Positions 1-9,034 of a stretch of 64,000 nt of DNA are shown piece after piece (position 1 is the stretch's first letter; the number at the start of each line of letters is the position of its first letter). Made by a program: the position numbers and the translations under genes. This DNA is from an uncultured delta proteobacterium (GTDB lineage Bacteria; Desulfobacterota; RBG-13-43-22). The DNA lies in the NCBI GenBank assembly GCA_963790475.1, contig CAWBOS010000012.1, positions 800,001-864,000 of the forward strand, written 5' to 3'. A model generated the notes under the pieces. The model searched no databases. It had not been told where the DNA came from and worked only from the letters and a program-made list of their open reading frames with translations.

Positions 1-1
1 T

Positions 2-3000
2 TTTGACCTTCTTGATCAGGCCCTCCGGGCCGTTCCCTTCAGCGCCCAATTGACTTTAGCCCTTCTGGATTCCGCCTCCTATTTAATCGACTGCCTGGGT
101 CCAACTGGTCTGGATTCGGTTTGGCAATGTGCGCTGGTCATGGCAGCCGACCATACGGAAAAAGGCAATATCATTCTCCGGGAAAGTCCGGGTATCGTTG
201 ATCGACTTCTGGACTTTGTTACTCCCGGTCAGGTGATCGAGATTTTTGAATTGGGAAGGGAACTGGCCGGGTTGGGTTCAGAAGCGACCCTTGAATTTAT
301 CTTGGGAAGCATCGAGCTTGCCCGGCAATTTGATTTTTCAATCTTGAAGGTCGTTTCCGATGCAGCCGAAGAAATTGCAGCCAGCAGCCGGAATACGGCT
401 GCGGACTTTTTGAAGGCTGCCCCGGCATTGCTGAGCCGGGTGGATCGGCAAGGACTATGGAAAATTGTCGATCGTATAGTCCCCATAGCCCGTGACAACT
501 GGGAAACGGCCTCGCGGCTTCTTCTTAAAGCCCCCGATGTGATTGATCGTTTGGGACCTGAGGGTTTGGAAAAGATCACGGATTTTTCAGCATTTCTGGC
601 CCGGGAAAGCTGGTCGACCGCAGTTCAATTCCTTGAAAAATGTCCTCTTCTTATTGATGAACTTTTGAAACAAGGCGATGCCTCTTTGGTATTTGAGGTC
701 TGCCGGCTTGGCCGCCGGATTGCTCAAACCAATGCCCGGCTGGCCGTGAGCCTGATGAGCCGCAGTTCCGAAATTATTGAATTGATCGGCTTTGAGGGTC
801 TGGAAAAGGTGGAGGAACTGGCCCTTCGGATAGGCCCCGAGAATTGGACTACGGCGGTAAGCCTGGCGGAGGCGAGTCCCCTCCTTTTGGAAAGGGTGGG
901 TTATGAGGGCTTGGAACGAATCTCGGGCGTGGCCCGAAATCTGGCCCGGGAGAATAGCTTTGCGGCCGTGAGTCTCCTGGAAAAAGCCCCGGACTTGATC
1001 GATCACCTCTTGGAAACCGGAATTAAAAATCAAATCCTCCCTGTCTATGAACTGGTAGGGGAGGCCGCCGCCGCAAACTGGAGATTGGCCACGGCTCTTT
1101 TGGAAAAAAGCCCGGAACTGTTGTCTAAACTGGGTGCTGAGGGATTAGAGAAGCTGGCGGCCTTGCTCATTCAAACAGCCAGAGTTAACGGACAAATTGC
1201 TGTCCGACTGTTGGATCTGAGCCCGGTTCTGCTGGACCAACTCGGTTTTGAAGGAATGGAAATCGCAGCCGGCTTGATTTCTTTTCTGGCCGGGTCCGAT
1301 TGGATGGCCGCCCTGGCCTTGTTGGAGAAAAGCCCTTTAATAATCGACCGGCTGGGTCAATCCCGAGAAAGGGCCATGGCCCCGGCCGTTTTTGACCTGG
1401 CCGCCAAGGTGGCCCGCACCAGTCCGGCAGCGGCTGCAAAACTTCTGGAAAAAAGTCCGGAATTGATTGATTGGGTGGGATGGGAAGGTTTCGGAAAAAT
1501 AGCCGCATTTATTGAAAACACGGCCGGAGAGGATGAACAAAAGGCCCTTTCTTTTTTGGCCAGCGAATCCCCCACCTGGACCGATTTTCTGGAAAATATT
1601 CCCAAAGGTTTGGAGTTGAAGACCATCCAGTCGATCCTTTCCCATTACCTTAAGGCCCTTTTGGGTCGAAGGGTGGAAATCGCCGAGGCCGGGAAGGCCT
1701 ATACGGACGGAAAAAAAATCTACCTCCCCGGACGGATCCGAGATTTTCAGAATCAGGACGATAACTTTATGGCCTATAAAGTCGCGGCCACCCATCTGGA
1801 AGGCCACCTGGAGTACGGGAGTTTTGAATTCGATCTTAGCCGGATCGAAGACTACCTTAACAGAAAGGGTTTTCTTTCGGCAATCGAGAGCCGGGATGAT
1901 GAAAGCGATATGGACCGGTTTGCCGCATTTTTTCCGGAACCGGATCTGGCCCGGGATCTTTTCAATCTTATGGAAGACTGGAGGATAGAAAAAATATTGC
2001 AGGGAGAGTATCCCGCTTTGGGAGAGGAAATTTTTCGGATAAATATCCACCGGGTCTCCAAACGCAGTTCTCCCCGAAAAATGACCAATCCTAAACAACG
2101 GATCGTGGAAATGATCGGGCAATCCTTGCTGGCCGGAAAGGATTTCAGAGATGGGGATCCTCGAAGTCTGGACATTCTGCAGAAGGCTTTGGAAAAGGCA
2201 AGTTTACTGGAGCGGCCGGAGGCTGATGTGCATACGGCGGCTGGAATAGCCATTGATCTGTATCTCCTGATCAATGAACAATTCCAGGAAGCCTACCGTC
2301 CGGCAAAGCCCCTAGCGAACCCCCTGGATCAGAATAAAGTCGCCCAAAATATCGGAAGCTTTGGAAAGACCTCCCAGCAAATACAGGACCGGATCCGAGG
2401 CAGACGGGGTGCCGGGGGGAATCGGCCCCAAACGCAACCGGAAGCTGAAAGCGGGTCTGAGGGAGAAACCCAACCGACCAGCAGCCGACCGGGTCAGGAA
2501 AATATTCAACAGCGGCAACAGGCTGCCGGCAAAGAGCAACGCACCTTTCAAGGACCGGCCGGGGGAGGAAAACAGGAATCCGGCGATGCGGACCCGGCCG
2601 GGGAAGAAACGGGCCGGGTGGGTGAGGACATGAAGTTCGATTCCCGGGAAAAGATAGAGCGGCTGCTCAAGGCCCTTTACCATGAGCGGGGGATTACCCC
2701 CAAGGAAATCGAACGGCGGTTTGAATCCCTCAATCAAAATGAAATTTATCTCTTCCTTAATAACCTGGAGGCCTCGCTGGCCAAAAAGACGGAACTCCAA
2801 AGCGAAAGGGGGAGCTCTTTGTATCCGGAGTGGGGAGAGGATATCCATGACTACCGCGCCAACTGGGCCAGAATACGCGAGCAGACCCTTCCGGGGAGAT
2901 CGCTGGGCTTTTACCGGGAATCCTTGGATAAACACTCCGGACTCCTGAAAAAAATCAGAAGAGAGTTTCAGATGCTGAAACCGGAAGGGTTTACCCGTCG

Positions 3001-3679
3001 TAAGCGGCAATATGACGGGGATGATATCGACCTGGAAGCCGTGGTCGAGTATTGGGTGGACCGGAAAGTCGGACTGTCCCCTTCGGAAAAAAACTATACC
3101 CTTCATCAGAAAAAAAAGCGCGACATCGCCGTGGCTTTTCTAATCGATATGAGCCGGAGCACCAAAGGGGCCACCATCGAATTGGAGAAGGAGGCGCTGA
3201 TCATCATGTCCGAGGCCCTGAACGAAGTCGGAGATGCCTTTGCCGTCTTCGGATTTTCAGGCGATAACCGCGATAACGTGGACTATTTCCGGATCAAGGC
3301 TTTTGACGACCCTTATGACAATCCGGTGAAAAAAAGGATCTCGGCCATTACCGACCGCTTCGAAAACCGGGATGGAACGGCGATCCGGCACACCATCCAT
3401 AAACTGAGAAGGAGATCGGAACGGACCAAATTGCTTATTCTATTAAGCGACGGCAAACCGGTGGACAAAGAATATGCCGGCGCCTACGCCATTGAAGACA
3501 CGCGCTTGGCTTTAAAAGAAGCTCGTCATTACGGGATCAGGACATTCTGTATTACCGTAGATCGCACGGCCGCCGAATACCTGCCCCGGATGTACAGCCA
3601 CAGCAGTTGGACCGTCATTGACGAAGTGAACAAACTTCCTGAAAAAATTACCCGTATTTACCGCATACTGACGGCTTGA
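2..3679 (+). CDS. NorD/CbbO-like von Willebrand factor A domain protein with N-terminal alpha-helical tandem repeats (5'-partial)
   Basis: Frame is open from position 2 (FDLLDQALRAVPFSAQLTLALL...). C-terminal VWA MIDAS motif (FLIDMSRST...NRDGTAIRH...LLSDGKP), NorD-like YTDGKKIYLP and YPEW motifs; about 13 repeats of 37/41 aa at the N-terminus. Confidence 0.8.
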   Translation, partial: FDLLDQALRAVPFSAQLTLALLDSASYLIDCLGPTGLDSVWQCALVMAADHTEKGNIILRESPGIVDRLLDFVTPGQVIEIFELGRELAGLGSEATLEFILGSIELARQFDFSILKVVSDAAEEIAASSRNTAADFLKAAPALLSRVDRQGLWKIVDRIVPIARDNWETASRLLLKAPDVIDRLGPEGLEKITDFSAFLARESWSTAVQFLEKCPLLIDELLKQGDASLVFEVCRLGRRIAQTNARLAVSLMSRSSEIIELIGFEGLEKVEELALRIGPENWTTAVSLAEASPLLLERVGYEGLERISGVARNLARENSFAAVSLLEKAPDLIDHLLETGIKNQILPVYELVGEAAAANWRLATALLEKSPELLSKLGAEGLEKLAALLIQTARVNGQIAVRLLDLSPVLLDQLGFEGMEIAAGLISFLAGSDWMAALALLEKSPLIIDRLGQSRERAMAPAVFDLAAKVARTSPAAAAKLLEKSPELIDWVGWEGFGKIAAFIENTAGEDEQKALSFLASESPTWTDFLENIPKGLELKTIQSILSHYLKALLGRRVEIAEAGKAYTDGKKIYLPGRIRDFQNQDDNFMAYKVAATHLEGHLEYGSFEFDLSRIEDYLNRKGFLSAIESRDDESDMDRFAAFFPEPDLARDLFNLMEDWRIEKILQGEYPALGEEIFRINIHRVSKRSSPRKMTNPKQRIVEMIGQSLLAGKDFRDGDPRSLDILQKALEKASLLERPEADVHTAAGIAIDLYLLINEQFQEAYRPAKPLANPLDQNKVAQNIGSFGKTSQQIQDRIRGRRGAGGNRPQTQPEAESGSEGETQPTSSRPGQENIQQRQQAAGKEQRTFQGPAGGGKQESGDADPAGEETGRVGEDMKFDSREKIERLLKALYHERGITPKEIERRFESLNQNEIYLFLNNLEASLAKKTELQSERGSSLYPEWGEDIHDYRANWARIREQTLPGRSLGFYRESLDKHSGLLKKIRREFQMLKPEGFTRRKRQYDGDDIDLEAVVEYWVDRKVGLSPSEKNYTLHQKKKRDIAVAFLIDMSRSTKGATIELEKEALIIMSEALNEVGDAFAVFGFSGDNRDNVDYFRIKAFDDPYDNPVKKRISAITDRFENRDGTAIRHTIHKLRRRSERTKLLILLSDGKPVDKEYAGAYAIEDTRLALKEARHYGIRTFCITVDRTAAEYLPRMYSHSSWTVIDEVNKLPEKITRIYRILTA

Positions 3680-3761
3680 GAGGGTATCATGACCTTTTGG
3701 TTAAAAGAATATATCAGGTGTAAATATATCGTACCAACATAGGTATATGAAAAAGGGCTTT

Positions 3762-3940
3762 TTTCACCAGACGCTGAGGACGCAGAGAAGATAATTTATT
3801 GATTGCCGGTGAGAGGCCGGCAATCAATAAACTTCGCAACCCTCTGGGTATCTTTTTGGCCAAAAGGCCTGAGCAGTGTTGAACAATCCCGCCTCTCACG
3901 GGATTGTTCAACAATAATTCTCTCTGCGTCCTTTGCGTCT
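3762..3940. repeat. Palindromic REP/MITE-like element; its right arm is split by the IS110 and continues at 5541-5551
   Basis: Left arm tttcacc-agacgctgaggacgcagaga is inverse to tctctgcgtcctttgcgtct|ctgcggtgaaa. Two internal perfect 15-bp hairpins (3795-3831, 3877-3913). Confidence 0.8.
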
Positions 3941-4003
3941 GGTTTATTGTTGTCAAGAGTTTTTTAAATATTATTAAACAAACTGGTAACTATCTTAGAG
4001 TGA

Positions 4004-4155
4004 CACCTTGCCCAACTCTGGTAATTTGAGAGTCTCAACAGAGCTCTAACCTTGCTTTATTGGGGTTAAGGTGCAAGCGGAGAGTTATTTAAGCTCTGCG
4101 AGAAGGTCGACTTAGTCGCCTTAGATGCCGCAAACGATAATCTCTCCGCTTACAC
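4004..4155 (-). ncRNA. Candidate IS110 bridge RNA (target-binding loop 4071-4155, donor-binding loop 4004-4073)
   Basis: Two stem/internal-loop/stem hairpins whose loop strands match the target (TTTGCGTCT, CTCTGCG) and donor junction (ATAGCAAGCT, CTGGT). A U-G wobble in the outer stem favours the minus strand. Confidence 0.75.
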
Positions 4156-4166
4156 GCTAAGAAGGT

Positions 4167-5426
4167 CTAAGCAGCCAGTTTTAACGTTGCTCCTTTTGAA
4201 TAATTTTCCATATATTCGTTATGATCACGCACCAAGGCAAAAATAACACCGAGAAGCTTCCGGGCAATGGCTACCAGGGCCTTGATCTTGGGCATTCCTT
4301 GATCCAGATGCCTTTGATAGGCCGTATGCATCACTCCCCCTTTTCGAACCGTATTGATAGCGGCAAAAAAGAGGATTTTCCTAAGAAGCGACCGGCCTCT
4401 TTTGGATATATGACGATTCCCTTGGTGCCTTCCAGAACTGATTTCAAAGAGGTTCAGTCCGGCCAACTTCAGGACTTCAGCCAGCGTATGAAATTTACGA
4501 AAATCCCCGACTTCTCCAATCAGTCCGGCGGCGGTAACCTCTCCTATCCCTTTCAAGGACAGAATCGAATGACTATAGGGGATCTCGGGAAGAAGGGCCG
4601 CCATCTCCTGTTCCGCCTTCTCAATAAACTGGTCAGAAGATTCAATCTCAGAAAGAAGTTCTCGTATCTCAAAAAGAATCGCCTTGCGGCCTTCTTGAAG
4701 ACCTACGGAATGGCCAGCGGCCGCATAAAGGGCCGGGGCTCGCTCTTTATCCAGCTTCCCTCGGCTAACCCGTCTCAGCGTGGCCCTCAAGGTCCCAAGA
4801 CCACATTGGATAATATCTTCCGGGCACGGATAATGCCGCAACAGATATTGGGCACTGCGGGTTTTAATATTCTTCATCACTTGCAGAAACTCGGGGAAGA
4901 CAATAAAGACCAAATCCTGAATCTGGTTCAAAAGGCCCGTTCGTCTTCGTATGGCTCTCTCCCTGGCATGGGTCAGTCGGCGAAGTTCAGCTGCCGCGCC
5001 TTCGGGAATGACCACGGTAAGGGCATGACCCAGCTCAATAATATCCGCAATGACTTTGGGATCTTTCCTATCCGTCTTATTGGGCGAGTTACCCTGGACT
5101 TCCTTCAACTTCTTCGTATGCATAGGATTAACCTGAACCAGTGTCACCGGCCGTTTCATCAGAAAATGTTGCAAGGGTTCTCCATAAGACCCGGTGGATT
5201 CAAAACCAACCACGATTTCTTCCAAGTGATTGGCCTCTTTGGCCTCAACCATCCGATTCCAAAATTTCGTAAATCCTTGATCATTATTGAAAAACTCAAA
5301 AGGTTTGATTTCCGTCCGGTCTGGACAGCGGCCATATCCCATATTGGTCGTTTTGCCTATGTCCACGGTACCGATAAGGGTTTTTTCATTGACCTTCTTA
5401 AGTTTTTTTGTTTCAATCTTATTCAT
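4167..5426 (-). CDS. IS110-family DEDD recombinase/transposase
   Basis: RuvC-like DEDD motifs (VDIGK, FESTG, KTDRKD) and Transposase_20 motifs (GIGEVTAAGLIGE, SSGR, ISKRG, VAIARKL). Confidence 0.95.
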   Translation of the reverse strand: MNKIETKKLKKVNEKTLIGTVDIGKTTNMGYGRCPDRTEIKPFEFFNNDQGFTKFWNRMVEAKEANHLEEIVVGFESTGSYGEPLQHFLMKRPVTLVQVNPMHTKKLKEVQGNSPNKTDRKDPKVIADIIELGHALTVVIPEGAAAELRRLTHARERAIRRRTGLLNQIQDLVFIVFPEFLQVMKNIKTRSAQYLLRHYPCPEDIIQCGLGTLRATLRRVSRGKLDKERAPALYAAAGHSVGLQEGRKAILFEIRELLSEIESSDQFIEKAEQEMAALLPEIPYSHSILSLKGIGEVTAAGLIGEVGDFRKFHTLAEVLKLAGLNLFEISSGRHQGNRHISKRGRSLLRKILFFAAINTVRKGGVMHTAYQRHLDQGMPKIKALVAIARKLLGVIFALVRDHNEYMENYSKGATLKLAA

Positions 5427-5499
5427 GGCTATACTCCTTTCCTTGGTTTGGGTTTAACCAACTTGCAAATTGGACCTCAAATCAAGAAAGAGTATAGCC
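5427..5499 (-). promoter_or_regulatory. 5'-UTR hairpin that sequesters the transposase Shine-Dalgarno sequence
   Basis: ggctatactc(c)tttc(c)ttg at 5427-5445 is inverse-complementary to caagaaagagtatagcc at 5483-5499. One arm is the AAGGAGTATAGCC directly before the ATG. Confidence 0.7.
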
Positions 5500-5605
5500 T
5501 TTTTTGTACGGCTTAACTACTTTCTAAAATATAGCAAGCTCTGCGGTGAAATTTCGTGTTTAAAAAAGCGAAATAGATACAAAAAATAAAACTTGGAGGT
5601 GACTT

Positions 5606-6175
5606 ATGGCTAAGGATTCTAAGGAAAAGAAGAAGGAGGCAATTGTCGGAGTGATGAACCAGGCGCGCTCCATGGAGTTGCTGGCAATTAACCAATACAT
5701 GAATCAGCATTACAATCTGGACAATATGGATTACGGAGATCTGGCCGCCAAGGTCAAGCTGATCGCCATCGACGAGATGCGTCATGCCGAGATGTTCGCC
5801 GATCGTATTAAAGAATTAGGCGGGGAGCCGACCGCTGACCCGGCGGGAAAGGTGGAAAAGGGGCAGAAGGTGGAAGCCGTTTTCCCCTTTGATGCTGATC
5901 TGGAAGACCATACCATCGAGCAGTATAACCAGTTTCTTGCCCTCTGCCGAGAAAACGGCGACAGCATCAGTAAGAAGCTTTTTGAAACCATTATCGATGA
6001 AGAACAGATTCATTTTACTTATTTTGACAATATCAAGGACCACATTAAGAATCTGGACGGGACTTATTTAGCCCAGATTGCCGGGACGCCGTCCACTACC
6101 GGTCTGCAGACGCAGGGTTTTGTCGCCAGACGAGGAACGACTGGAACACCGGGAAAGCCCCCGGCAGGGGCCTGA
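5606..6175 (+). CDS. bfr: Bacterioferritin / ferritin-like di-iron protein
   Basis: ELLAINQY, DEMRHAE and DEEQIH ferroxidase motifs; GGAGG RBS. Confidence 0.8.
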   Translation: MAKDSKEKKKEAIVGVMNQARSMELLAINQYMNQHYNLDNMDYGDLAAKVKLIAIDEMRHAEMFADRIKELGGEPTADPAGKVEKGQKVEAVFPFDADLEDHTIEQYNQFLALCRENGDSISKKLFETIIDEEQIHFTYFDNIKDHIKNLDGTYLAQIAGTPSTTGLQTQGFVARRGTTGTPGKPPAGA

Positions 6176-6289
6176 TTTGAGAAGGCAATGGATCTGGTTC
6201 TCATTTTTCTCCTTGCCTCTTATGCAGCTCTCCCATATACTTCTAATCTCTTTTCCTGAAAAAGGAAGAAAGACTATTAAAAAGAAAGG

Positions 6290-6865
6290 ATGAACAGAAT
6301 GGATTTTACAGAACTTCTTGAAAAACGGCGTGCCGTCAGGGATTTTGAGGACAAGGCAGTCCCTTTGGAGGTGATTAAGGCCATCATCGCCGACAGCATC
6401 AAGGCCCCCAACGCCAGCAACCGGCAACCCTGGAAATTTATCGTGGTCAATAATAAGGCCATGCTGAAGAGGATTTCCGATGCCAGTAAAAAGGTCATTA
6501 TTGCCGGGATTGAAAAAGACCCCAACTCACCTATGAAGGGATACCTGGATACTCTGAAAAAGGAAGATTATAACGTCTTCTACAACGGCTCCTGCGCGGT
6601 GATCATCGTTGCCCCGGTCAAAGGGGCTACCATCGCTCAAGACTGCGGTTTATTGGCGGCTTATTTTATGCTCTCAGCCGCTTCCAGGGGTTTGGGCACC
6701 TGCTGGATCGCTCAGGGTGCGGAAGCCCGTGATCCGGAACTGCTCAAGGAACTTGGTCTGCCTGATGGCTACCGGATGTGGGCCCCTCTCGTCCTGGGTT
6801 ATCCCAAAGCGATTCCGCCTATGCCGGACCGTAAGGAACCCGATATCCTGAAAATCATCAGTTAA
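6290..6865 (+). CDS. Nitroreductase family protein
   Basis: RRAVRDF, APNASNRQPWKF, GLGTCWI and LGYP motifs. Confidence 0.9.
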   Translation: MNRMDFTELLEKRRAVRDFEDKAVPLEVIKAIIADSIKAPNASNRQPWKFIVVNNKAMLKRISDASKKVIIAGIEKDPNSPMKGYLDTLKKEDYNVFYNGSCAVIIVAPVKGATIAQDCGLLAAYFMLSAASRGLGTCWIAQGAEARDPELLKELGLPDGYRMWAPLVLGYPKAIPPMPDRKEPDILKIIS

Positions 6866-7642
6866 AAAGCCATTGTTCCTTCTGGCGAAAACAGGAATCC
6901 GTAAATATCTATTTCCGCTTGACCCCGAAGAACCCCGGACCTGATCCGAGGCTCTTCGGGGAGATTTTTGGGATTGCAGTTTTTCCCCTGGTTTTATTGC
7001 TGACCGTTCAACGCCGAACGTCTTTCATCCAAACTCCTTTGAGTTTTCGGCTTTGAGCTGGTTTTTCCCTCCCGCCTCCCGCCTCGCACCTTTTTTCCCT
7101 TGACTTCCCCCCTTTTTCCCTTTATTTTCTTGCTATTATTGGGCTTAAGCTCTGAGCCTTCCACCTTAAACTTTTAGTTTTAAGATTTAGGCCTCAAACA
7201 TTGAACATTGAACCTTGAACTTCTTCTTTTAGCCTTTCTTTTTTTTGTGAAGTTAACATTTCCTTGCTTTTGAATTAAGTTCCCCGGTCAAACGGTTTGT
7301 TGAAGTGATAACTGAGCAAACGATTCTTTTTTTAACAAAAGCGATTCAAATTTTATTTAAATAGGGAAGTGTCCCTATTTTTTTTAGAATCTATTTTATA
7401 TGGGAAGTGGCCGTTATTTTTAATCTTCCCTGTTGATTTTACCTATGGGGTGTCTATGGGGTGGGGTCAGGTATTTTCTTGACATTTTTTCCGAAGACAT
7501 CTTACAGATTTCTTGAAACAGTGGGCAGACATGCCCTTTCCATGATCCAGAAAAAAGAGATGGGGAACAAGGCCCACCTTCCGGTATTTCTCCGATAACT
7601 TTATGAAATTGCTTTAAATTATTAATTCCTAAACTCCTAACT

Positions 7643-7999
7643 ATGGTTGACGCCATGTTTCTAAAGATAAAAAAATTGATCATCCTCCTGGCTGTATTTT
7701 GTTTTTGGGCGGGCTGTGCTCAGGTTAAACAAGTCGTCACCGATGTACAAGAGGGGGTTAAAGGGGTTTTCAAGGGGGAAAAGGAAGATACTCAAAAGGC
7801 CCCGGCCGAGAAAAAAGAATCGGAACCGGCAAAGGAACCGGAGACTACCGGTAAGGATACAACAAAAGGAGGTAAAGAGGAGCCTCCCTCTCCGGCAAAA
7901 GCCAAGAAAAAAGAGACCAAAACAACAACCCCCGTAGGCAAAAAAGGGACCACAAGAACGACCCCTATTCCATCCGGAGAAGTCTTCGGACCTAAATAA
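7643..7999 (+). CDS. Hypothetical lipoprotein with Lys/Glu/Thr-rich low-complexity tail
   Basis: Signal peptide with lipobox (WAGC); disordered C-terminus. Confidence 0.6.
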   Translation: MVDAMFLKIKKLIILLAVFCFWAGCAQVKQVVTDVQEGVKGVFKGEKEDTQKAPAEKKESEPAKEPETTGKDTTKGGKEEPPSPAKAKKKETKTTTPVGKKGTTRTTPIPSGEVFGPK

Positions 8000-8200
8000 A
8001 CCCTAAGAGGTAGTTTAATATCAAGAAGAGATGCGAGGATTCCCGGATTCTCAAAAGGGGTCACCCATTAAAAGGCCCCTCTCAAATCTCTGTTTGACCT
8101 ATTGAAAGGAATTAGATCCCTATTATATTTCATCCCAGCCTAAGCCAGCGTAATAAGGAGGACGTATTACCGATGATCATCTGCCTGGACATAGTTTAAA

Positions 8201-8566
8201 TTAAGAAATATCTAAGACCGCTTTAAGAGCTTGTTCAACAGCCGCCATTTTTTTAGAGGGCATGGTTCCGGCCATATTTGTCTTTCCGGTACGGGGATCG
8301 ATAAACCGCGACGGGTCCAGGGAACGGATCTGGAAACATAGAAAAACCGTATCTTCGGGCAAACCGGTTTCCTTGGTGCTTACTCTGACATTGGTAGGGT
8401 AGTCATGCGTAACATTAGAAGCCTTGGTTCCAACCACCACCGTAATGACCAGAGGTTGACGATTAATTGCATCAGCCGATACAACCAAAACCGGGCGATA
8501 ACCTGCCTGTTCGCGCCCTTTAATTGGCATTAACTCCACAAAATAAATTTCTCCACGCCTAATCAT
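8201..8566 (-). CDS. Type II toxin, PemK/MazF family endoribonuclease
   Basis: RGEIYFV...GREQAGYRPVLVVS...QIRSLD motifs. Confidence 0.92.
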   Translation of the reverse strand: MIRRGEIYFVELMPIKGREQAGYRPVLVVSADAINRQPLVITVVVGTKASNVTHDYPTNVRVSTKETGLPEDTVFLCFQIRSLDPSRFIDPRTGKTNMAGTMPSKKMAAVEQALKAVLDIS

Positions 8567-8837
8567 CAACCTTTAATCCGTCCTTTTCCGTTTTGAGAAA
8601 CTTCTTGTTTATGATATGGCATTCGGCAAGAATTTCAGGATCTGAGCCCATTTGATTCATAGTTTCTTCAAAGGTCCGTTTTTTGCGCCGAGCCGTAAAG
8701 TTCTCAAGAGCAATGATAACCAGCCGGTTGAAATTATCCCCTATTTCGCTGGGAGCTACTGATTTTGCTTCATCTACCAATTCTCTCGGCAGGGCGATGC
8801 TCCTACGAACAAGTGCAGACCTTGGTTGTGATTTCAT
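8559..8837 (-). CDS. Putative antitoxin (ribbon-helix-helix-like)
   Basis: Overlaps the toxin start; RRSIALPRELV RHH-like N-terminus. Confidence 0.75.
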   Translation of the reverse strand: MKSQPRSALVRRSIALPRELVDEAKSVAPSEIGDNFNRLVIIALENFTARRKKRTFEETMNQMGSDPEILAECHIINKKFLKTEKDGLKVDD

Positions 8838-9034
8838 TTAACACCTTCCTTAACACTAAAATACACCTTATATTGGTGAAAATCAATAGCAAAGTTAGAA
8901 GTGAGACGGGCGCTGGTTTTAAAACAACTTAATGTTTCCCATTGGGCAGATTGTTTTTGTTTTAACCCAATTATTCTATTCTCTTTTATCATCCACCCCA
9001 ATACAAAAGGTGAGGATTAAGTAATAAAAAGTAA

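Larger units (their letters stand above)
3941..5540 (-). mobile_element. IS110-family insertion sequence, 1600 bp, CT core, long non-coding end downstream of the recombinase
   Basis: CT at both junctions (3939-3940, 5539-5540). Removing the element restores the REP arm. Joining the ends creates TTGACA-N17-TATATT. Confidence 0.9.

Noticed and set aside
4221-5516. 431-aa antisense ORF over the IS110 recombinase
   Set aside because: No recognisable motifs or RBS; consistent with a shadow frame.
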